A stretch of DNA of 64,000 nucleotides, taken from Monocercomonoides exilis PA203 (Eukaryota; Protista; Preaxostyla). The stretch covers positions 558,001-622,000 of the forward strand of contig LSRY02000008.1 of assembly GCA_001643675.2 (NCBI GenBank), given 5' to 3'. The notes beneath the pieces are model-generated. The model did no database searches, had not been told where the DNA came from, and was given only the letters and a program-made list of their open reading frames with translations. A program made the position numbers and the translations under genes. Positions 25,140-38,539 of the stretch are shown one piece after another. How positions within the stretch are numbered: position 1 is the first letter of the stretch; every line of letters starts with the position of its first letter.

Positions 25140-28100
25140 GCAGCGATGGACGATATCAATAGACGGATGCTAATTGCTGTGTCAGAAGAAGTTGGGGCGC
25201 ATGCAAATTAAAAGAATTGGTAACTGAAGGAGCAACAGACGCTTCAAGGGACATGTTGTGGCTCGGCGGGGATTGCTGAATGGAGGTGTTACGTGTGCTG
25301 ACGATGTTGTGCTTTATGTGGTGCTATCTGTTCCGTTTGTTGGTCAGGCTCCATCGCTTGCAGCATCTGTGAGCACGAAGTCGGGGAGTAAGCGGATCGT
25401 TGCAGCGGCAGATGTGAATGTGCTCACATCGATCTGCGATCTATTTGACCCGTCGCTGCTGCCGTCGGTGATAGATCGGATGGTGTCGCAATTACTGCAG
25501 TCGAGGCGTGTGGTGGAAAAGCTGGTAGGCAAAGGGATGGGATGAAGGAGAAGAGGAAAGGAGTGAAGAGGAAAAGATTGAAGAGGAAGAAAAGGAGAGA
25601 GCGAAGAATGAGAAGAAGAGGATTGAGAAGAGACTGGTTTCGCTGACGCAAATGATCGGGATAGAGCGGATTGTCCAACTGCGTGACGTGAGCGAGAAGA
25701 TGGTGATGAAGGAAGGGAAGGCGATTCTGTCGGCTGATTGACCTTGTGGGGAATATGAGCTGTTTGAGTGGGCGACGGGGCTGCGGACGTCTATTTCGCT
25801 GAATGAGCCACGGAAGATTGTTGAAAACAACGAGAAAGATGGAATGAAGGGGGAAAACATGATCGAAAAATCGAAAGAAGAAATTGATTGCGGTGTGAGA
25901 CATGACAACACATCGCTTCTATATGGTTTGCGGAAGATTTTGTGACGAGGAGGTGATGCTGCAGTTGTGATTGTGGGAGTTAGGCAGATGAGAGAAGGAG
26001 CGGAAGCAGGGAAAGTGGAGGTGATTCTGAGCAATTGCATAACGATTACGCGTGTGTATGTGTTTGGGAGTGTGTTTGCGGGGGAATTTTATGCAGAGAC
26101 GCAGCTTACGGGGTTGGAGGAAGGAAGTCAGGTGGAGGTGGAAACAGCAAAGGTTGCGGTGTCGTTCGACATGTCGGACAAGAGGCTGAACACAGAGCAA
26201 GAATACATTCAGCGAAGACAGATGGCAGCAGAGCGCCTGGGGAACACACTGGATGCGCACTCTGTGCTGATGCACGGGGTTGTGACGCAGGAGACTTGGA
26301 GGAAGGAGGCGAGAGCATTTGCAGGGGACGCGATCTGCGGAGGAGCAGCAAGCGGAGAGATGATGGCAGACATGATGGCGAGGAAGAAGAAGATAATGAT
26401 GATGAACGGGGCGATGGAAGGGGGAATGGGAGGAGTGTGGAACTGGAGGAGGAGCCTGGCAGACTGGAAGAACATTGACTTTTTGGGGGAAACGACGACA
26501 CTTGTGTTGAAGCACAAGGGGAAGGAAAGAGGAGGCGTGTGGTTGTCCCGATGGAGGTGATTGCAGGGAAGGGGCAGAGCACTGTGACAGTGGTGGCGAC
26601 AGACGATGAGCATGTGGTGGCGAAAGTGGTGGGGGTGGATCTGAGTCTGTGCGGAGGGAGAAGGAAAACGGAGGGAAGAGAAGGAGGAGAAGGAGAAGGA
26701 CGATTGAGGTAAATGCGGCTGATGAATGTGTTTGACCCGAAGAAGCATGTTTTGCAGAAGATGCACTAGGAGCTGATTCTGAAAGAATTGTTAAAAAGAA
26801 GATATTGTGAAGCAATTGATGAAAACGAAGAGCAAGAGAAAAAGTAAGAAGAAAAGGAGAAAGAAGAGAAGGAGAAGAATTGCTGGAGAGGAGTTTGAGG
26901 AGGTGTGTGGCGCCGGTGGAGAAAGTGGAAAATCAGCTGAGGTTGCAGCTGATAGACAAGAAAGAAGAGGAGAAGGTTTTTGAGACAGTGCTTCGATCTG
27001 GACTGGATGTTGGGGGTTTCTTTGAGGCAGAAGAAGAAGAAGAAGAAAGAGGAAGAAAGAGCAGTGTGAAAGGAGCGTCGGGACGAGCATTCAAAGAAGG
27101 AGGAGATTTGGGGAAGATGGTAGTGCAGGTGAGGACGATGCAAGGGAAGATAATTCGAGTTTTCGTGACGAAGGAGACTACGGTGGAGGAGCTGAAGGAG
27201 CTTGTGCAGAAGAAAGAAGGGATTCTTCCTGACATGCAGAAGATTATCTTCAACGATGTGCAGCTGAGTGACATGCGCACGATGAGCGAGTGCTTCGTCC
27301 GGAACAACGAAGAGCTGAAGCTGATGCCGCGTATGCTGGGGGGGTTCAACGGATGTTCAAGAGCAGATGGGGCAGATGGAGAAAAGATAGAGGCCTGGAG
27401 CGAGAATGGCAATGCAGATGGTCGGGATGGCTAGGGCAGTGGCGGAGGCAGGGTTAGGGTAGAGGCCGAGAATTTAGATGTAGTCGAATGCATGGCAGAG
27501 GATAAGCAACGCTTGCGCGATGCCTCGTAAAGCAAATTGTTTTTGTAGCTCTTTCTCAAAGGAAATTCCTTCAAGTCCTCAGATGGCGATGCCTATGGGA
27601 ATGCAGATGGAATCAGAGTATTTGCGAAATGATTTCACTTCTGCTTCTTGTGTTTCTTGCGACTCTTTTGGAGATGATGAGCTTTGTTCCTGGAAAGAAG
27701 AAGAGAAAAAGCCAGTTGCGAAGTTCCAGCAGGTGGAGAACATGAAGGAATACAGAGAGAATTAATATCATCGTGTGCCGTCATCTCATTCTGTACTGGT
27801 TGAGTGGAACCATATCTTCCTAGACTATGCGCGATATCTGTTTGTGTGTGCCGGGTAGTGGGTGGGCAGAGATATGCGTGAGTGTGGGAAGTCTGTTCCT
27901 TTTGTGTCAGCGAATGTGATTGAATGCACCGATTCGTTTGCATCAGCGGCGTTTGCAGCTGCGCTGAAAGATGTTTGTGTGCATCCTGTTTGCGTGGAGA
28001 AGGCGACTGAGATGAGGGGAGGAAGGGCGAGAGAGTCTATTAGGAGTATGACACAGCCGCAGTGCTGTTTGTGAAGGAGATGGAGGAATTTGAGGGGGGA

Positions 28101-28870
28101 AAAGAAGGAATTGAAGAAGGAGAAGGAGAAGGAGAAGGATAAAACGAAAGGGAAAGAGAATAAGAGAGACAAGTGAGGAAACAAGGGATGTAGTTGAGTG
28201 ACTTGGGGAAACGAGTGGAGATGAAGCAGGTGGTTGTGCAGGAGTTTGTGTATGACGTGAGCGAAAAATTGGAGGTGAATCAGGAACAGAGAAAGGAGGC
28301 AAAATTATGAGAAGCGGATTAAGATTCAAGCCATGCAAGTGTATGTGCGCGATGAAGTGCTGACGAACACGAAGGCAATGCAGATGTCTGTGGAGGTGCT
28401 GATTCAAGTTCCGGGAAGATCGATTGATTTGAAAAGGGGCAGTTCGACAATAACACAGAGCATTGTCCTGGAGGTGTATGGAACGCATACTATTTAGTCT
28501 GCGTTCTATTTCCCGGAGAGTGGGGGGTTTGTGCACTATCCGGCGTTGGTGGCGATGCGGGGGCGGCATGTGTGCTGCAGCCGAGAGGGACTGCACCGGG
28601 TGAGGGTGGAAGCAGAAGGTGTGGCTGGTGATAAAGAGGAAGCAAGCTTGCCATTGGAAAAAAGATGTTGCCATAGGTGTGGAATACAACATCACCAGCC
28701 GAGTGCAAAATGTTCGAGAAGAAGAAAAAGTCGAGACACCCGATCCGTTCGTTCGAACAGATTTCAAAGATGGTAGGGTAGCGCTGATGAACGAGTCTAG
28801 ATGGTTCAATGCAGAAGACGGAGACTCAAGCGGGTTAATGCTCACGCTGGTTGCGCTTCACATTTTTTGA
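25140..28870 (+). pseudogene. Cargo: fragmented gene resembling the Dictyostelium actin-binding protein F (AbpF)-like family, with an embedded ubiquitin-like domain
   Basis: Motifs EQEYIQRRQMAAERLGNTL, NIDFLGE and VLIQVPG..AFYFPGEWGFVHYPALV recall that family (from memory, not searched). Many stops and frameshifts. Confidence 0.5.
27117..27344 (+). CDS. Ubiquitin-like domain (76 aa, ends RMLGG) within the cargo gene
   Basis: MVVQVRTMQGKIIRVFVTKETTVEELKELVQKKEGILPDMQKIIFNDVQLSDMRTMSECFVRNNEELKLMPRMLGG aligns residue for residue with ubiquitin (TxxGK, TVxxLK, KEGI, QxxIFxxxQLxD, terminal GG). Confidence 0.85.
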
Positions 28871-29727
28871 TGTTTTCTGGGTGACTTCTTCAAATACACT
28901 CCACTCAATAACAATATCTTCTTCAATTTTATTTTTAACTATTCTGGAACTCTTTCAAATGCTCAATTCACTCACTCCATCCGGCTAAATATTCTTCATC
29001 GTATAATTAAAAATTTTCAAAATTGTTATTGACAACATGAAATATTTCCCTCTGAAAATTCACCGATCGTTGTAATACTTATATGCAGAAGTTATATTTT
29101 TTGAGAATATTGCAACAAAAAAACGAATTCAAAAAATCTAAAAATAAATTAAACTTTTAAGAAAAAACAAATTACAAACAACCAATTATAAAAATGCTTT
29201 TTTTGCTCAAATTTCAGTGAGATGAATAAGCTTATACAAAACGTTGATATCAATTCTGAGATTTGAAAATTTCTGATTGAATAAAATTTTATATACGTAT
29301 CTTAATATTTAATTTTCTCGAAAAAGAATCAAAACATTCATTGTAAATTTTATAAACATCTATTTTCAAGATGGATCAAAAAGAAAAAACTCTAATTCAC
29401 CTATAATCAGCAATTGAAATCCTTACGAGATCAAAAAACATAACTTTTTAAATCTGAAAAATTGTCTACCAAATGAATTTTGTGACATGTTGTAAAATAT
29501 TATCATGATAACATTTGTTATTCAAGAATAATAGAAACTGAATGAAAAAAAACGATGTCAATGTTTCAAAATTATGATAAAATGCGACCATTCAAGTTAA
29601 AAATAAAGGATTTCGAAGAGTTTCACGAGAGATTTAAGCATTATTGATTTTTAGATGTTTTCCGTTCATATTCTTCACATGTTGATAACTTTCGAACCGA
29701 AAAAAATCAGACCGAAAATTTTGACAG

Positions 29728-29756
29728 AAAAAGTATGATCCCAAAAAAAATTACCC
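29728..29756 (-). repeat. Right TIR of element A
   Basis: Ends ...TTACCC and is followed by TSD ATTT. Confidence 0.92.
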
Positions 29757-30618
29757 ATTTCAGCGAAGTGACTACACAACGAGAAACCGTTGCTCCTGAC
29801 GATATGCGATCAGAGACGGAAGTGCAAAAATCACATGTGAATATCGGAGAGATTGTGAACTCGTTAGACCAATGGAAGGAGAGAGAAGTGGATCGAACGT
29901 TAGAGATATCGATAGAAGATGTGCGACACGATACAACGAGAACAGGAGGAGACTCCGTATATTTCCGCAGGATAGATCAGAAGAACGATCGGAAACCCGG
30001 GAAGGAGGAAGAGAAGAGAGTCTTAAGAACTTTTGGGACTGCTATTGAGTCCCTAATTGGGAGCGCCCTGGAGGAGAGCTCGAAGACAGTTAATGAAGAC
30101 ATTTTCGAAGGAGAAGGGAATACACAGATGCAGCATGACCAAAAGACGCCAGGAGTGAGGAAGAACATAGTGATTGGACAACCGAAGGAGCCACTTCCTG
30201 GGAGACTAGCGAACAGACTGAGCGAGTGGAAGAAGATTGGGGGAGATAAACTAGTGAGCCATGGAAAAAGAGCTCGATGGAGAAGTCCCCAGTCTCCAAT
30301 CTCACTCGAGGAGAGAAAACACAGACAAGAGTTTCGTGGGACAACGGAGATGACAAACAATTATTTATCCCTTTTGGAGGAGTAATTGAAGGACGGAGTG
30401 GTGAAGCCCATACAGGAGTTGGAGGTGAAGTGGTTCAACCCGACATTCACGGTGCGAAAGAAGAACGGAAAGTGAAGAAAGACCTTGAACTGCAGGACCT
30501 AAAATGAGGAAGTGCAGGGAAAACATTTCAAGATGGATTCCAAGGAGACAGTCGTGGAACTCCTGGAGAAGAACGACTGGATGACAACTCTGGACATATC
30601 GAGTGCTTATCAACATGT
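29757..30618 (+). pseudogene. Middle DIRS segment: end of ORF1 and N-terminal reverse transcriptase
   Basis: GRLANRLSEW...WFNPTFTVRKKNGK*RKTLNCR..HFKMD..WMTTLDISSAYQHV are DIRS RT motifs, with in-frame stops. Confidence 0.85.
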
Positions 30619-30646
30619 GGGTGATTTTTTTTGATATCATAAAAAA
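30619..30646 (+). repeat. Left TIR of element B
   Basis: Exact reverse complement of 51744-51771. Confidence 0.93.
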
Positions 30647-32329
30647 AGATCAAAAATCGAAAAAATAAAATATATTGTGGTATTTTTTGATCAAGAAGTT
30701 AAAAATGATTTTTTGCAAGTATTTAACTTTAATTTCTGTAATATATATTTGTTTTATTTATAAGACCAAAAAAACATACCTATTTAACATTTTTTACGAA
30801 AAACGATTTTTTGATCAAGTTTAATAAAAATGAACCTAAAAATTAATAAAGTTTAATCAACAAAACAAATTTAAAAGTGAAAAAAGATACTTAACCTGTT
30901 AAACAAAGCTGATAAAATGGAAAAAATATTTAAAGAACTTAAAAAAATGCAACAAATTTGTGAATTTTTATTTTTCTGTGGAAAAAGAAATGTGCTTTTC
31001 ATCAATCAAGCTGAAATCTCTTCAAAAAATTTCTATATCTGCTGATCTGCTCAACAGATTCAGCAAACGGAGATTGTTTTGCACAGGAAACTACAGTTAA
31101 CAATAATAATTGACTCTGTCCTTCACTTCTCTTTTTATTCTTTATTTAAAAATGCAGGTTTTATTTTTTTCTCGATTCACTACATGGTTTCCTATCATTT
31201 CAACTCGACATTTTAAAATTCTCCCTTCGTTAACTTCGTGCTTTTCCTAAGTTCCTGCTCTTGTTGCTTTGTGAAGAAATCAACATTGAATTCGCCTGAG
31301 CCATCATTCGTTTTTTGTTTATGCCATTTCTTTCCCTTTTTCATCATCATCTTCCTCTTTCTCTTGATCATCCTTTTCTTTCGTTTTTGCTTCCCCTTCA
31401 TTTGACTCTCTCTCCACCATAGCTCTCATCTCTCCGGTGGCAACAATTTCTTTTGCTTCACAAGCAACTCACTTTGATGATCAAAATTGATATCCTTTCA
31501 CTCTTCTTCCAAACCTTCTATCTTCTCTTTCTCTTCCTTCGGCTCTCGGCATCAGCAGCAATTAAACAATGGCATTCCCTGTTCTTCCCTTCCTTGTGGA
31601 GTTTGACACGCACTGAACACTTTTCCCTTTCTCTTCACCTTCACTTGCTCTTTCCTATGTTCTCTTACAGAATCGATTGGGTTGAGCTTCATGGAAGCTT
31701 TCTGAGTCGTCGAAGCTCTAATTAATTGGCCGTTCTGTGAGTGTTATCAATCAGCAAGAATTCAGATTGTGGAATAAGTTGCAGCTTGGGAGAAGAAGAA
31801 GAGGAAGGGAATGAAGGAGAAGGAGCAAATGGTTGAGGAATTGATTATTCCCTCTTTCAAATACGATTCTGAAAGAAGAAAGTTACACTGAAGATTGAGG
31901 AGAGCGTTTGGTAGCACAGAAATAACTGCTCTGCTGTGCTCGCTGGAATATGTTGTGACGTGGCTGTTTTGCGCTGCATTCAACTGAGGTGGAGAAGCTG
32001 TGTGCGTTCTTCAGGCAGTGGGTGGAGCATGTAATGGTGGGACCGGTATGGCAATTGAATTGGTACTGAGGCAATCGATGGAATATGCAGCAAAGGTGAG
32101 CACAGGAAAGAACGCAGTCGATACAAAGTGGGCGAATGACCTTGTGTGCGAGGAGAAGACGGACATGAACACCAATCTTCTTCTTCTTTTTTTCATCTCT
32201 TTCGTTACACTCTCCTTTTCTTCATCCTCATCATCATCATCCTCCTCCGTATTTTCTCCTGTTCTTCTTTTTCCCAACAGGTGCATACAGATTAAGCAAA
32301 GCACAAGCAGTCATTATTTTCGCTATGTC

Positions 32330-32832
32330 AGTCGTTGTTGGTGAAGCCGGTAATCCTGCAAGATTCGACCCAACACCTCAGCTCAGCAAACAACGCAGCA
32401 GCTCTTCCTTCGTAACTGTTGGTTCATTGTTCGCTTCATTATCCTTCTCGTTTCTCTTCTCCTTCTTCTTCTTCATCCAGCCCTCTTCCTTCAGCAAGCG
32501 CCTCTATGATTTCCGACGCTGTTGTTCCGCACAATTGCCTGTGGCGAGAACATCAGCTCGACAAGCTCGTTAAACAGCGCCTTGTCGAGTGAATTGGCAA
32601 ACAGCTTGAACGACTTGGTGGTCAGCGAGAGAAGAATAGAAGAGGCCTTGTCGATGTATTCAGTGCATGGTGAGTACAGCAAGCGGAGGATGAGCTGGAG
32701 AATGCCTTTGCGCAGGAACACAGAGTGGAACACAGCACCGTTGGTGATGAACTTGTTGATCACACGAAGAGAAGAAGAGACAAGAGGATACCATCGAAAA
32801 CTGATAGTGAATATATTTGCGTATTTTTGCAT
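32330..32832 (-). pseudogene. Cargo: alpha-solenoid (ARM/HEAT-like) gene fragment
   Basis: Amphipathic helical repeats (FLRKGILQLILRLLYSP..ASSILLSLT..LFNELVELMFSP); fragmented. Confidence 0.35.
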
Positions 32833-35800
32833 AATGAAACGAACTAGCGAAAAAGTAGGCGTAAAAAGGAAGAAAGAAAATATTGTGAAAAATAATTCTA
32901 TAATAAGTTTCTGGCAAACCCCATGAATCTGATTAGTTGCTTTGCAACAGCACCATTCAGCAAATAACCTTTATTTACTAATCAGGATAATTGCATAATC
33001 ATAGCCATTGGTCCACCATCATTACAATTCATCGTATGAGTATGAACAAAAAAATATCAAAATAAGATTAATATTTGAAAAGCAAAATACAGATTAAAAA
33101 AATGAAACAATTAATGAAAAATATTTTATTTTGCAGAAAAATAACAATTTTCCAAACAATTCTGGTTCGCCATGTGGGTCATTGCGTTTAGTCCCCTCTG
33201 CTTGCGGATGTCGTCGAAGCCGCAGATCATTAACTGTACAACAGGAAACGGACATCTCATCGAAGGTGGAACGTCAATCGACAGAAAAGCTCTGCAAACA
33301 ACACTGGCACATAGATCAATCACATTCTGCCACTTCACTTTGAACGAACCCCCAAAGCTGTGCTTGATGGATGGGGGGTTGGTTGAGGAGGGAGAGGAAG
33401 AAGAAGGAGAAGTTGAAGAAGAAGAAGAAGATGATGATGATGATTTGTTAGTGGATGCAATCGGAGAGAAAGTGATTGCGTTTCGATAAGTTGCTGCTGG
33501 ATATTTCTTGGATTTTTGATTTCTGGCTGATAAGCTGAGCAAAGCGTGATTTCAATTGACACGGGCTTATTCTTCCTTTTATCCCATTCGATTTATTCCG
33601 AGCCTTTCTAATATCTCTGCCAAATCCGTCTTTTTCTTCCTCTTTTTCATTTTTCTCATTATCGATGCATTTATCTGTCAGATACAACAATCCCTTTTCA
33701 TCTTTATCACTCACAAACTCATTTGCACTCCTCTTCTCATCCTTCTTCTACTCCTTCTCCTTCTCCTTCTCACCACCCAGCAGAATCTCCTGGCTAGCCA
33801 CATACGCAGCATAGTTCAGAAAGATGCTCTGTGGCTCAAACACATCCCTCGTCGCTGACACGCTGCTGCTTGCAAACACACCTGCATTACCCAATCTGCT
33901 CTTCCCGAGAATCGCACGAGGGATCGGCACAGTCACAAGCGGAGGCAGCGAGAAGGATGAAATAGAAGAAGAAAGAGAGGAAGAAGACATGTTTGATAAA
34001 GAGGCAGAGCTTGGGCTAGTCATGTCGAAGGACTTCTGCGTGAGTGAAAAGTAGTCTGTGGCAGGAGATGATGAAGTGGATGGCTTTGGTGGAGCTCCAA
34101 CAAGAACAGAAGGGGCAGACAATTGCGTGCGTGGCAAGGGAGAAAAAGGAGGAGTGGCAAATATTTATGAGGCTGTGATGTGTTGAGGGTGCAGCTGAGC
34201 AGATGAGAGCGTGATGCCGAACGAGAAAAATGTCTGCTGCTGATCACTTCATCATCGCCTCCTCCTTCTCTTCCCCTTCTCCTTTCTGTTTCTTCATGTG
34301 GAAGCCTTGTGTCGAAAGCGTTAATTTGCATTGTGCAAAACTCGTCTTTCTCCTTCGTCTTCGTCTTCGCCTTTGGCTTTTCCCATTGATTCCCATTCCT
34401 CTGCTCTGTGCTCAATTAGCTTTTGAAATCCACCTTCTTTGCCTCTTCAATTTGAACTTGAACTTCTCTCTCTTCGCTTCTTGGTGGTGTCATAAAGCGA
34501 GAGGATAAACGCAATGTGCCTTGAAGCTCCTTCCCTCTTCCACCGCCATTTCTCATGCGATGCCCATTCAGTCCATTCAGCGCAGCTTGCGCACCAAATC
34601 TATTCGAAGCTCCAAAATATTGCAGGATGTGTGCTGCAGAAGAGAAGAGAAGTTCAAGTGCACGTCCAGCAATCCTAAAGAAGGCATCTACAGCGATGAT
34701 GTTGTTGAAGATAGCCTAACCAAATGAGATAATTTTTTGTATGGATTATTCAGTTATTGATTGAAAATCTTGCTCACATTCGAATGTTGCGGATCTGATC
34801 CAATGTTAAGAGAGAGGACACGTCAAAGAAGAAGAAGAATGTGATGAAGAAGTGGGAAAAGAAGAAGAAGAGGAAGAGGACAAAGAGGAAGAGAATAAAG
34901 CATTCTCAAGAGACAGTTCAGGAAATGCATCAGAAACAAAGGATGGTTGTGCTTCTCTTTTCAAATCGCGTTGCGTTCTTGCATGCCTTCTCTCTCTGCC
35001 TGCACAGCTGTCTGAATGCATTCCATTCCTCTTGCAAAAACTGCCTTTGCTGGTGTCTGCACAACTGTCTGTCTCTTTGAAAATATATTTTGGCTGTCCT
35101 GCTCCTTTCTGATCTTTCTCCTAATCGCAACAACGGTTGGCCAGATGACAACAGGATGCAAATGTTTTCAATTGCTCCATTAACTTTTTCTTCCACTGCT
35201 CAATGACGTGAAAACTGCTGTATCATCAGAAGAATGAGAAGAATAACAAGTCAACGAAGAAGAAGATGAAATATCCGATTAATTGTGATGTGCACAATAA
35301 AAATGTGTTGTATCAGAGGAAATGGAAGATAACATTAATAATTCCTCTTCGCTTTCACCTTCTCTCTCCTTCCTCTTTCTCTCCCCCTTCTTCATCTTAT
35401 CTCCATCTTGATTTCCATCACTTCCCTTCTCTCTGTACGCACGCCTACTCCAAAACCCCTCTTCCATCAGCGCTTCTGTCTCTTCGCTCTGTACAACCCA
35501 CTCCTCACACAGCTACCTGCTTTCCACATGATACTTCGGTGAGGCCTCTGCTTCCACTTCGTTCAAAAATGTCACCCAAACAGACAATACAATACGATTA
35601 CATTTGTACTCCGCTCCTCCTCTTCTGCAATTGCTCCATTTCCAGTGCTCTTCCGTTCTTTGATGTTACAACATCTCTTCTTCTCGTTCTTCTTTGGAAT
35701 CTTCATTTCAATCAGTCATTCTATTGCCTCATTTTCATCTCTCTTCCATCTTCTTTATCATCATCTCCACAATATGCTCTTTTCAGTAGTGGAAGCGCAA

Positions 35801-37695
35801 TCGACAGAATTCCCCTGAACTTCATCAGCATCTCATAGAGCGAGTTGACACACGTCACCGCCACGAAATACGCTGCCAGCGCTAACAAAACACATGTCAG
35901 CACAACATTCGGTAACTACATCACATTCACAAAAAAATAGAGCAGACAATATTATGTACTTCACAGCCTCCAGATGCTCTGCTGCCACATGCGCTCAAAA
36001 GATCGTGGTGCAATGTAATTGACCAGATGCTGCAGGGTGCAGCGCCTCTCCACACACGCGCCCCATCAGCACCACTGCAACAAACGAAGATATCATTATT
36101 CCTGCTGGCGCATTCAGTTGCATCGACAGCGGCTGGAACACATGCTTCACAACCAGACACGAGTACACACTCCGCGGCTCAGTCCCGCATGCCTGCAGCC
36201 CAACATCAGTCGGTATATCTTCCTGTGGTAGTGCCTTTAGCTGTGCTGTGTCATCTGTCCCAATGACTATCCCTGTAGAAAACACAAACGAAGAAGTCGA
36301 AGAAGAGGCAGAAGTGTGCGCAAATGTTTCTATTCGTCGGGCTTCGATAATGACTAAAAAAAAAAGAAGATGCATAATTTCACAATAAAATCAAAAGAAA
36401 ATACTAAAAAAAATTATTGAAAATATATTAATTCATGCCTTTGAATTCTTCAGATCCGACGTTTTGAATTGAAACAAATTAATCATCATCGATTCAATTT
36501 TCTTTCTATGCTTCCTCTTCTTCTACTGTAGCATCCCAATAATCAAATCCAAAGACCATCTGCCTGATCAACTTCCTTCCTTCTTTCTTTTCCCTCCCTC
36601 CCTCCCTCCCTCTCATTCAAACTTCTGTCTCTTCCCAATGAGCTGCAACAAAACTCTGCTTGTGAACACTTTCACAAAATGAAGAGGAAATAGCTGCATC
36701 GAGGCAAGCTGGAAGAACACAAAGTGGAAGAACATGCAATCAATGAGGGGAAAAATGTGAGAAGGAAGAGAGAAGGAAGGATGAATGAGGAGTGATGACA
36801 GAAGAGAAACATGCTGAACGTGCTCTGATTCCATGCAGCAGCCTCAAATGAAAAGAATGGAGGCATCTCATTCGCCAGGCAGTGCAGCTCGAAACTGCAA
36901 TTGAAGAGATGGGCAAACAACAGAGAAGATGCAGATATCCGGAAAGAAGAAGAGGAGGAGGAATTGCAGCAGAAGATGTGCTTGATAGCCATATGTGTGC
37001 TACACAAACAGAAACACCAAATTGTCAATGCAAAGTTTGCTGTTTGCAACAATTACAAGATCTTTCAGCAGTAAAATCCAGTTGCAGTTGGGCAGAATGT
37101 TGTTCGACTGCCAACAAATATTTGATAATTGGATGTCTCGTCGTTGGCTGTTCTACACTCTTTTGAAGCAAAAGCGGAATCAGAAATAGAATTTCGCAGC
37201 CTTCCACGTCTGCCTGGCACAGTCCGAGAAACAGGAAAACCTTATTAATATAATTGACATCTTGAAATTCTCCTTTTTTCCAATGAATTGTTGCCTTTTT
37301 TGTGATAAATATCCTTCCCTTGATATTGCAAGCCACTTTTTTTTTGCCAAAAAACTGCTCCCACTGCCTTATATTCCAAATTCTATAAAACTTTGTGCAG
37401 ATTTTGTCCTTCACAGAATTCTATCCTTATATCGACATTCAATAAAACATCATTTGAATTTGTTTTTATCTTTTGTTCCAATCAAAAATTATAAAAATCA
37501 TGAATCTTACGTAACTTCATTTGTTTCCCAATGGCTATATAATAATATGTTCTATTCTCATCGCAATGCTCTCCAACGTGAAGATTTGCTATTTGACAGA
37601 CAAGAAAAGTTCGTTTTCTTTGAAAAGGAAGCAAACAGAGCAGTTTTCCAATATAATGAAAAAATTGTAATATTACAATAAAAATTAAATTATAA

Positions 37696-38145
37696 AAAGT
37701 ATTAGCAAACTGGTAAAAAGTTGGAAAAGTTAGTGGTTTTAAAAAAATGAAAGAAACAAAACTCCAGCTTTAATCAGAACCATATCTTTTTGAATTTTTG
37801 AATATTTATTAAAAAAAAAACAAATATCAGAAAAATTTTGATTTTTTGTTTAATAGTTATGTATGTGATAAGAGTTAGAAAAATGTTTTTTCTGAATTTT
37901 TAAAACTTGTATTCATGGAAAAAACTTCTGTTTTCCGCTTCAAACAATGAAGATGACAGAAGGATCAGAATCTCGATGCCACTTTTTTTTGTTCAAAATG
38001 GTTTATTTCATCGATTTAACTTCATATATTACTAAAAAACTGCTTTTTGAAATCTGCAATTTTCGCCCTTTAGCGCGTAATTTTTTGATCTTTTTGCCCT
38101 CGAAAAAAATAAAATATAGGGTCGGATCCTTTTTTTCATTCAAAA
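37696..38145 (+). repeat. Left arm of a 450-bp inner inverted repeat enclosing the two USP genes
   Basis: Reverse complement of 45658-46107. The coordinate sums at both ends are identical (no net indel), with about 2 mismatches seen by eye. Confidence 0.93.
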
Positions 38146-38539
38146 TTGACAATGTTGAGTATAGTCGAATTTTTAAAATTTGTGATTTAAAAATCGTATA
38201 CGGACAGGTATCATATAAATTTTCTGAAAATAAATTTTATTTGTTTTTTTAATAGCAATGTTAATGTTATTGATGTTTTCATATTTTTCATTTTTTATTT
38301 TTATTTTAAATTATGATACGTTTTTTTGTAATTTTGAAGGATTTGTCATTTCAGAAGAAATTCATAATTCAAATAAAAAATATTTCATTCATTATAAATG
38401 TTTTCTTGAGAAAACTGTAAAAAATCAAACTGAAAACATCAAGAGAGGAAGTGAGAAAATTGAAAAAAGAAAAATTCGAAAATAAAAATCGCAAGGAAAA
38501 AAAAGTAAAAATTAAAGCAAAAAAAGACAAAGAACAAAA

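Larger units (their letters stand above)
13645..29756 (-). mobile_element. Element A: 16,112-bp giant TIR DNA transposon (Sola-like) with a USP-transposase gene and cargo
   Basis: TIRs GGGTAATTATTTTTGGGATCATACTTTTT (13645-13673) and AAAAAGTATGATCCCAAAAAAAATTACCC (29728-29756) match at 28/29. TSD ATTT at 13641-13644 and 29757-29760. Internal DDD transposase. Confidence 0.9.

Noticed and set aside
37947-38252. ORF MKMTEGSESRCH... and its twin at 45602-45856
   Set aside because: Both are by-products of the 450-bp inverted repeat; they are AT-rich, have no motifs and diverge exactly at the IR edge.
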